Positions 13,346 to 22,930 of a DNA stretch of 64,000 bases are shown here, one piece after another. Below the pieces are notes generated by a model. It did not search any database, was not told the origin of the DNA, and saw nothing but the letters and a program-made list of their open reading frames with translations. The DNA lies in assembly GCF_009914755.1 (NCBI RefSeq), contig NC_060939.1. One strand, 5' to 3'. The position numbers and the translations under genes are program-made. The stretch's first letter is position 1, and each line of letters begins with the position of its first letter. This DNA is from the human T2T-CHM13v2.0 reference genome, Homo sapiens.

Positions 13346-15986
13346 ATACAATGAAGAGAATACCTCCATGTTCAACTTTATGTTCTTCTGGATGTATGAT
13401 AATGCGGGAATTTTAAGGGGTAGTAGTTACTCATTGAAGCTTTGTTGCCATTTAAGTTTTTACCTTTGCTGTGGGAATGGTACTCTTAGAACATGCACAT
13501 TATTTTGAAAAGGAAGTATAAACTAGTGAATATCAAAGGGGAAAAATTTTGTTAACCATTTATATTATGAGCTTGAAGGTTATATGTGAAATACAGAAAA
13601 GATCTAGGTTTGTCTGATTATGGAATTCTAGATCAAAACATGTCTTCCATGTCTGCAGTAATTCACAAGTTACTGGAAAGGAACATGTAGAGGGTTTTGA
13701 TATCTAAACCCTACCCAGTTTTCTGTAGGATCTTGATTTTATTTTAATGCAAGACTGCTGACCCCATGATCCTGTGTGTTCTTCAGAGATACTCTTACTG
13801 ATGATGTATAAATGAACTTTGATTCAGTAAGGTCAGTTTGTAGGTCTCAAAGTACTTTGGTTATTGTGGTACATCAGAATGATAGCTAGTATTTACTGAG
13901 ATCTTTCTATATGTCAGGTAATAAAAATCCTATAAAAGTATTCTTTCTACAGCCACAGGAGGTAGGTACTATTTTTATTTTACAGATGAAGAACTGTGGA
14001 TTTTGTTTCTAAGAAAATTTCCAGGCTCACAGAACTAAGCCTAATTTCTTTTTATTTTTTAGCAAATACAGTTTTTATAAGAATTTGAATTCTATGAAAA
14101 TAAATGGATTACTCCTAAATCTCTGATGCCTCAGTGAACACTTTTTCCTTATTAACAAAATTCTCACTTTTGGCTTTGGATTGGCTTTGCAGGAGTGCAG
14201 ATTGATCATAGCTTTTTTCATGTCCTAAGAGTTGTCAGAGTTTTCTCTTGTAGCATTTTTTTCTTTACTTTTTTTTTTTACTATCTTTAAATATATGACT
14301 GTAAGAGTATGATAAATATGCTGTTTTCTAATCTCTGCTGTTGTCACATAAACTAATATATTTTGAGTAATTTTGAAATGATATTAATAATGTCATTAGA
14401 TTTTCTTTGGATTTTTTGAAAAAAATAATGGTTTTAGAAGGAAATCTGGATAAATTTTATCTCTGTCCTGTGTCAGAAAAATATAAAACTTGAGTTTTTT
14501 AAATTAAGGTACTAAGATAAATAAATTGCATCTATAGATATTGAAATATGACTGTAATTTGATAATGCATTTTCATTCTCAGTGTCATTGTTCATCATAA
14601 TAGTATTTACATCACCAACTTCATTTAGAGCTTGAATCTTGTAACAATAGAGATTGAAAATAAATTGGTTTATAATTAACTCTGACAGAGAATGATGTTT
14701 TTACTTTTATACTTCTCTATAGAAGTACATGTCCCTTAATTTTAAGGAATGAACAAGTCAGATGGAAGATTTTTACTGAGATCAGGAATGAATTGAGTAA
14801 TTTAGTTTTCTTTTTAAAGCTGGGGAGAAATGAGCAAAATCAAGGAGAAATATCTTGCTTTTGATATTTATTACTGATGCTGTGACACTCCCTTTAATCA
14901 ATGTTTTTTAATATGGGTGGCAGTATCTCAGTTAACCAAATAGTTAAGTAAGTAGATTTTTGTATTGTATATAGTAAACAGTATCCTAATTGTTGCCAAG
15001 GAGACAAGGAATTACCTAATGGGCAAAAATGCCCTTATATTTATTTACCTCAAATTCAGTCACACTTGACTGTATCTCCACAAATTCAGATGGAGAGCTG
15101 GAAAATTTATAGAGAAGACCAGGGTTTAAATCTTGTTTTTTCAAATTATGTTTGGTCATGATGAATCTGAATCATTTATTTAATGATAAAATCATCTGAC
15201 TTCTCACTTCTCACTTCTCCCTTCAGTTAAAATTATTTAAGTAATGGATTTGTTTTTCTATGAGAGACATTTGGTATTTTGGTAATGAAAGTGTATTATT
15301 TTAGTTGCATATAATTTGAAAACAGCATTTTATGGCAAATCTATCAAGCCAGGCAGATACTTTGCATTTTTGATCTTTTTTTTTTTTTTTTTTTTTTGGT
15401 GGCTACATCTTTTCTGTATTCTCAGATATGTCGTTAAAGATGGTGCCACCTATAGTGGCCATTTTCGTTATCTAAACAAAACCAACATCTGTTGGATTGA
15501 AAAACTATGCTATGATCGACTGCTTTATGTGTGTATGTTTTTTTTTTTTTTCAAATCCCTTAAGATTCTTTTCTATAATTAGTTTTCTTTGAAGAAGCTT
15601 GGAAAGTTTTCTGCATTGAGATTTAGAATCCACAGTGTTTCTGTAATTTAGCTTTCCAGGAATTTTGAATTTTAATTTTTGTTTTTACTTTTTATGTACA
15701 CAGTATAATGATGTTAGTGTTAAATATTAAAAATCTGACTCTTCACTGGGACTTTTTTATAGATACAAATGTATCTGTGGTAGTACAAGGACTTTGTTAC
15801 TTTGGCGTGCAGTCTTATCAAGGAGTTGTGTGTGTGTTTTGCATACAACTTTACAATTTCATAGTTGAAAGCTGTTACAAAATGAAAGTTTTGTGTATGG
15901 TAGGATATCTTCAAGGTGGGTGGATGTTTTCTGTTTAAAAGATTAAGATGCCAACAGCGTTTTTTTCTTTTAATTTTTTCATCAAG

Positions 15987-17010
15987 CACCCAGTCAGCTT
16001 GAAGAGTTTCAAATGGACCCTACCACTGAGAAATCAAGATGGCAGTCTACTATGGGGAATTGAGGAAAAATGGATTAATACAAGAGTCCTGTGATAATAT
16101 ACAACCAAGACAGGGTTCTTTTAACATGGATTCCATGCAGTGAATGAAGACATAGGTTTCTTACCCAACACAAATGGACAGTGGATTTGACTTTCTAAAG
16201 ACTTTTTTTGTGGACATTTTGACATTTGGAGAAGAAAGATGGCACACTAACCCAGATAATAGTTTTTATGCCTGGAATTTTTTGCAGTTTGATTTGTATG
16301 CGTATGACCTCTTGAAATGTTAATTTTTAATAAAATTTGTAACACTTAAAAATTTCTCAGTTTGGGTTTTTTTTTTTAAGTGGAAGTTTAATTAAATGTT
16401 TAGTTTTATTTTAGTAATACTTTGGCCTTTGTAGTTGCCGAGTGGTAAAGTGTACTGAATATGAATAAAGCTGGTAAATTGGAAATGGTGTAATCGAAAA
16501 CATTTTACTTGGTTTATGAAGATTTACGTTTTTCACAAAGTTGTGCTCTTAGATGGTCATTTGGTTTAAATACTGTTTTGTTTGTGCTTTCATGAAACAC
16601 CTTTCAAAACAACTCAATGGGTAATAATAGAATCTGATTTTAATCTGCCACAAGATTTTAATGAACTTGAAACAAACTGCTTGTTGCTCGAAAATTCAGG
16701 ATGAGTGATACACATATACTTCTGAATTATTTTGTGTTGATTGAAATGGTTTCTTAAGCTTTTTAATACTATAAATACATCTTGCTATAGAATATTCATC
16801 TGAATATTTAAATTAATGTCTCCTATTGTCTTACTATTAGAGGAAGAAGTGTTGGATTTATGGGTTAGGGTCCTTGGAGTATTCACAATTTTTTAAATTT
16901 GAAATTATGTGTGTAATCCATTTTATATAACTTTGAAGTAGGATTAATATCTTGTATCGTCTTTATTTTGTACAATTGGGGATTTAGAATAAATGAATTG
17001 CACCCTGCCA
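15987..17010 (+). ncRNA. CHASERR: CHASERR terminal exon with repeated ATGG motifs
   Basis: Pyrimidine tract then atcaag| at 15986. Clustered AATGG/AAGATGG/CATGG motifs at 16010-16245. AATAAA at 16329, 16464 and 16988. Confidence 0.75.
16988..16993 (+). terminator. Distal polyadenylation signal of CHASERR (proximal candidates at 16329-16334 and 16464-16469)
   Basis: AATAAA with upstream TGTA and T/GT-rich sequence downstream. Confidence 0.6.
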
Positions 17011-18239
17011 TAGATTACTTACGTTTGATTTTTAAATGCCAGGTTTTCATTTATTACTAATCAACTGATACCAGTTTTGGTAACTATTACAAAGGTGGTA
17101 GGCATTATTTTGGTAGACAAAATGAGTTCTTGATTCTGTTTTCCCATTTTACATGAGAAGAATAAATAGTTCAGGTTAAATTGTTTTGTGTTAATCATAC
17201 TGTTTGTGATTCATGTCAAATACTGCAGCATACACATCCATGGTTAATACACGAGCACCATTTGTTATTGACTGATGTGAGGTGGTTGGTCTTTGTTAAA
17301 TTCAAAAATGGAATTTTGGATATTGTTCTTGCTACGAAATTTATCTTTGTGTGTAGAGTATGGAATTGAAACAGTTTGGATTATGGATTTTACCTAGATT
17401 GGACATTGTTGATTTTGTTTGGTGTAAATCTAAAGTGGATTTCTTCAGTGAGGGAGAGACATGGTTCTGGCAGATTATGTTGAATAAGGAAAGTTGATTG
17501 GATTTTTTTGGGTGTGTGAATATGCTTGTCTGAATGGAGTGCTTGGTAGGATATTGTTTCTGGAATTAGTAATTTGTTTCTGTGGATCTCATGGTTTTGA
17601 TATTTAGGAGAATTTGCTTTGTGACATTACTTTGATAATTTGCAATCACGTATGTCCTATTGTTAATAACATTGTTGAAATGGGTGTATACTTACTTGAT
17701 TTGAAATATAAGGGAAGTGTTGGGATATGTGTTTTCTGTTGGATTTGGACGTGGAGTTTCTTGGGTTACTGATTTAAAGGTGATCGTGTTTGGACCATAC
17801 TCTTGAATTTTTGCCTGAATCAGTATGGGAAGTAAATATATTGTGATTATGAGAAGTTTCTTTGGGGGGAGGAGTGTAATATTTTCAAGGTTATATAATG
17901 GGTTAAAGAATTTTGTGAAAGAACAAAGAAAAATGGATATTCTTGAATAAAAATTGGTTGCATTAACTTTTGCTCCAGTGCAACTTGAACACTAGGGAGG
18001 CGCTCTTGAGTTGTAAAAGTTACCCCTTTCTTCCAGTGGAGATGGAAAATTCCCCCTTAAATTTTGTCTTTAGATTATTTTTAGGCATCATAAAGAAGGA
18101 AAAACTTGAATTTATATTATGAAATTAAGGTTTTACTTTTATTTAGCAATCATTTCACCCATTGGGGGATTAATTTTTAAAAAGATTAGTACTTAGCTGA
18201 GCTTTAGATTCTCTAAGAATTATCCCTTTTTCAAAATGG

Positions 18240-18620
18240 CTTGATAAAACACCACTTCCTGTCCAGGGAGGAAGTTATTTTAGCTCAAGGACTGAAATAT
18301 TTAGCAGATCTTTAGACAAAAGGAACAAATTACATTTCTCTCTGGCTTAAAAAGGGTGCTTGAGCCAGAGGGGGTTAAGAAGCCCTCCCCCCTCCCCCTG
18401 TTGGGGTGGTCTGGAGGGGCAGGGAGGTGTGGGGGTGGGGGTCCTTAGGCTCCCTGGGATGGAGGATCTGTCTCTCTCTCTCTCTCTCCTTTTTTTTTTT
18501 TTGGTGGAGATGAAGGGGTGGGTCTATGGTACATCACCTGAGTTGTGGGGTAAATGTAGAGAGTGTCAATCAAAGGCAGAGCTCTCAGAGCTGGGAAGGA
18601 GGCTCTAGATGGCGGCTGTG
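18240..18620 (+). promoter_or_regulatory. CHD2 main promoter (G-rich, CpG-poor)
   Basis: ETS-like ACTTCCTG/GGAAGT at ~18254-18275, G-tracts at 18369-18442, (CT)n/poly-T, YY1-type AGATGGCGGC at 18607-18616, directly before exon 1. Confidence 0.7.
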
Positions 18621-19087
18621 CCTTAGAGAGAGCGCGCTCTGCTCCCTGCCTTTGCCTCACTTTACGCAACTTTCCCTAACTTTCGGGCAGCCTCAGGGGG
18701 CCCCCGTAGCCCCCTGCCTTTCCTAGGGACTTACTGGGGTCGATTCGAACCTTTTTTTGGGAGAAAAGCAGCTTTTAGGAGCTTTCTTTTCGTGCCTTGT
18801 TGGAAAGAAGCAGCCGTACTGAGAGCCCAGGTCGTTGTTTTTTCCAGCTTAGAAGCCATGGCGCACCTCCATTTTTGTGCGCTCTCCTAATGAGGTTTTT
18901 TTTCTTTCGGACCTGTTTTAGTATTAATTATTGCTTTATTTTTTTGACCAGTTAACATATTTGAGGGTTATTTTATTTATTTTTCGTTTTTTAACGGAGG
19001 ATTTTGCCTTTATTTTTAATTATTTGGGATCTGATATTTTTCTACTAGTAGATAGGACTCTTGGTTTGGACATACTACATGGATCAG
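18585..19087 (+). other. CHD2: CHD2 exon 1 (5' UTR; start approximate)
   Basis: Ends at the consensus donor CAG|GTAAGT; 342-nt intron to the acceptor ttttgacag| at 19429. Confidence 0.8.
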
Positions 19088-19500
19088 GTAAGTTCACGAT
19101 CATTGGTGATAATTTTAAAGATTTATTTGTTTAAGTTTGCCTTGTTTTCTGTAAATACGAGAAATTCTTGGATGACGCAATAAGATACAGAGATTGTTAT
19201 TTGTATCTAGTGTGCTACTTTGAGAAAGTTTCCTTATTGATAGTGATGCTTCCACTGTTCGGTTTATCCTGTTGTTTTTTCTTTTAAGGAAAAAATAGAA
19301 ATATTTAGTTTTTTGGTGCTTACCGTTGTTGTGTTATAACAATATCGTTAACATCGTCAGGACTTTGTTCCTGATAATAAAAAGCATCGATAGAAGCCGG
19401 GACCTTACCTTTCTTTCAACTTTTGACAGTAAATACCTGGGCACAGGACTTCAAAGCAAACACAGATTCCCCCTCCCCCTTAATATTTAAGAATTAAAAG

Positions 19501-19562
19501 ATGATGAGAAATAAGGACAAAAGCCAAGAGGAGGACAGTTCGCTACACAGCAATGCATCGAG
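19501..19562 (+). CDS. CHD2: CHD2 exon 2 coding part (exon 19430-19562): MMRNKDKSQEEDSSLHSNAS(S)
   Basis: Recognised CHD2 N-terminus; donor GAG|GTATGA, phase 2, continues in frame into 42584. Confidence 0.97.
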
Positions 19563-22379
19563 GTATGAGCTATCAACTTTCTTCCTTTTTGTCTTTTTTT
19601 TTGGGGGAGAAACCTCAGCTTACAATTGTTTACCTTGACAGACATGGATTGCTGTCTGTTTTATTGTGTTTTTCTAATTTGGATTCGTTTTTTAAAGCAT
19701 GACCTTGAGATTGCTAATATGCCACACCCTAATTTTTTGGTAGCAATTTATGAAAGTTGAGTTGTGACTTAAGGCCTCTTACAGCAGTCAAAAGGTAAGG
19801 TACCTTTATTCAAAGGGGCCTTTACTGTAATGTACAGTTTTTCTGTCAGTAAATTTCAGTTTTTAGGTTTTTGTACTGCAGAAAAATGACCTTGTCGGTT
19901 TAGCCATTGCTGCATTGCACCATTTTACATACAAGGCAAATTTTTTCTTTGAAGAATCCAGGATATCTAAACTTGTAACTGAGGGCCATAGAGAAGCCTT
20001 GTAGTAGTAAATTATAGTAAATAGACATATCAGAAAGTTATATGAATGAAAAAATGTACATTTAAAAACAAAATCACTTAAAGGACCCTTTGACTGATGC
20101 CTCTCAGTTTATATTTTTATGTGACTTTATATTTCTTTTGATACACTTGACATTTTAGGAAATTTTGATGTGATTTATCAAAACCTTTACTTGATGGTTA
20201 GAGTTCCTGCATTTATGAAATCAAATCTGTAATAACAGAAATCCTGGAATACTCTTAATATATACTTCTATTTTGTGTTTGTTACTGTGATTAATATTTG
20301 CAGTTGTATATTTTACATTTAAATTATTTTAAGGTTTGCATTTGTATGCTTAAGACATTGATTTCCTGTTGGTAGATGTATTTTATCCTCACAATTTAGA
20401 TGTAGCTGCTTTAAATTTATTGATGTATTTCGACAGAGTCGTCTGGAATGCTTTATCTTCTGAAGCTTAAAAATGTACTGTTTGTGCAAATCATGATCTG
20501 TTTCACATTCCTTGGAGTACCTTGTTAGTGATGAAGTAATAAAGCCTCTAAGATGTTTTTGTTGTATGACCTCTGTATATTAATTTTTAAAAGTACATAT
20601 GAATGCATTTTTTGATGTGTTCTTTATGCATTTTCATATTATAAATTTTAAATCATGCAGTTTAACAAGGATGTGATTCATTATGTGGTTTTCCTTCCCA
20701 ATTTTTACTTTTCTAATTTTTATAAATAATACACTTTTCTATTAGGCTAGTGAATTTGAAAGTTTTGAACATGATGTGTTACTAATATGCTGAATTCTAT
20801 TTATTTTATTTGACTGAAAGCATATTGAGCCTTGCTTTAGAAAATAAGTTACCAAATTTTTTTGCATTGAGTTGTCACCCAGTTTGTAGTGCTGTCTTAA
20901 TTGAATTGCCCATGTAAATTACTAGATTAAATTGAGGACAGAAAAGTTTTTTACTCATCCTAAGCTGTTTTTTTCTGGAAAGTAATGACAATTTGAAGAA
21001 ATGAGAACCTCCAGATATATTTGGCAAATTATTAAAGATTCAGCACTAAAATTGTTGCTCCCTTGAGTGTATCATTTGCATAGGTCTCACATGGGTTTTG
21101 GCTCTCTTATGCAAGGTTTGTGGTTAACATCATTGATCAGACTGTGCTTTCTAATTCTAAAAAATTGAGCAGTGTTGGTATTCTTTCAGTATTTTTACTC
21201 TCACCTGGAAAACTACCTGGAAGTTGTCAGGCATTTGCTTACTGGTAGTGGAGGTTACAGCTGTACATGAAGCATGTACTGACTGTACTTTTAAATTGGT
21301 TTGTCAAGTATACTTTGAATCATATACCTGATGGATGTCCAAAAATATTTAAGACTCTTTGAAAAGAAGATAGTTACTTTTAAATTAGTTACCCTAAATT
21401 TCATATCTTAATACATGTACATAATTATGACATCACTTCCTTTTAAAATGTGCAGCTGTAGAATGTTAGTGGTGTTTTAATGTGGTAGATTAATATTACT
21501 TCTACTGAGCTGAACTGTCCCTGTAATTAGTACTTGGTTCCTTCTGCCATCAGAGTTTTTATTGCCCAAAGTATAGTGTTTAGGGAATACTACGAAAATC
21601 ACCTTTGCAGCCTGAGCCACAGAAGAGGAAATGAGTTTGCAGGTCAAGTAAACTTTGGTCTGAGAATTACTTTAGTATCTGGAAAGAATGAGTGCAAGTT
21701 TAGGTAAATCTGGTAATACCCTGTTTTTGGAAATAGTGCAGTAGTTAATAGTGGTTATATAAGTTTGTATTTTAATTTGAAGTTAATGCTAAAGTCTGTT
21801 ATACTTTATCACGATTTTTGAAAATTAAAAACTTTAAAAAACGCGATTTTAAAAACATTTGATTGATATTTGTAAAATTTCTAAGTATTTAAAACAAAGT
21901 TCTAATGATGGACATACGAGAAGTATACCATACTTTTTATCTGAATAATTTGCAGCTTGGGGATAACTTAAGTAACATCAAAGAATGAAAACGGGACTGT
22001 GTGCACACAAAGAGTTCAGTGTGTTCTCCACGGCACCACGTTAGCAATTTATCTTAAGAATTGAACGAGTTTATTAAATTTATCTCCAAATCGTCTGCCT
22101 TTGAGCCAGATTTATTTTTATAACCTGAGGTGCGGGTAAATCCTACAATTTTCAGGGGCGCTTTACCAGATATTCTAAAAGGCTGGGGATGATTAGAAAT
22201 GGCATAATGCAGTTACTTGTGTACTAGAACAGGCAGTTTAACTGGCAGCCATTTTATGACGCTGATAATACATTAAAAAACGGGATTTTGGAGAAGACTG
22301 AATCTAAACTAATAGAAATCTGAAATACCAAAGCCTATTTCCTTCCCCCTCTCTGCTCTTCTGGGGAACTCTGGTGCCG

Positions 22380-22930
22380 ACATAAAAGGCAGTTCGATAG
22401 GGCACGCAGCAGCTCTTTGAGCCCCTGGCATCTTGATGCAGGTCCAGCTCAGTCACAAAATGGCTGTTCCTTTGTGCCGCAGCGCTGACAGACATACTGC
22501 ATTGCACTGTGTACTCGCCAAACAGCAGGAAGTTGCCGTGCCGAGTTCAAAGGCCGGCCGGCGCCGGCGCGGGGTGCTGATTGGCTGTGCGCGCGCCTGG
22601 TAACAGCAGGGTCAACGGCGGCGCCTTCGGCAGCCTCCGCCCCGTGACGTCAGACGGCTCCCCTGGGGGGCGGGGAGAGAACGCAGTGACGTCTGGCCGC
22701 GTGCGCATGTCGGGCGCTTTCTCCTCCCCCTACCCAGGGAGCCGCACGCCGAGGGGAAAAGGAAGGGAACTCTAGTTGGGACTTTCCGGTGGGCGGCTTC
22801 TTTCCTGGACGCGTTTGCTCCTGGCAGTCTTGTCCGCCCTTGCCTGTAGCGGTCCGCACCCTGTAGTGTGTTCTTTTGCCCATTTCCGGGAATGGTTTAT
22901 CCTCTTTGAGAAGCGGCTGCTTTTGGAGAA
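22380..22930. promoter_or_regulatory. Intronic CpG island / alternative promoter-enhancer in CHD2 intron 2
   Basis: CpG-dense. AAAATGGCT (YY1) ~22457, ATTGG (reverse CCAAT) ~22580, CRE TGACGTCA 22645-22652, GC box, NRF1-like GTGCGCATG 22701, NF-kB GGGACTTTCC 22778-22787. Confidence 0.85.
22662..22738 (+). ncRNA. MIR3175: MIR3175 hairpin (mature CGGGGAGAGAACGCAGTGACGT at 22671-22692)
   Basis: CCTGGG...GGGGAGAGAA pairs with TTCTCCTCCCC...CCCAGG; sequence recognised as the annotated hsa-mir-3175 in the CHD2 intron. Confidence 0.8.

Noticed and set aside
16013-16063. Short ORF MDPTTEKSRWQSTMGN* in the CHASERR last exon
   Set aside because: Far downstream of many other AUGs; the AUGs are better explained as the repeated ATGG motifs.
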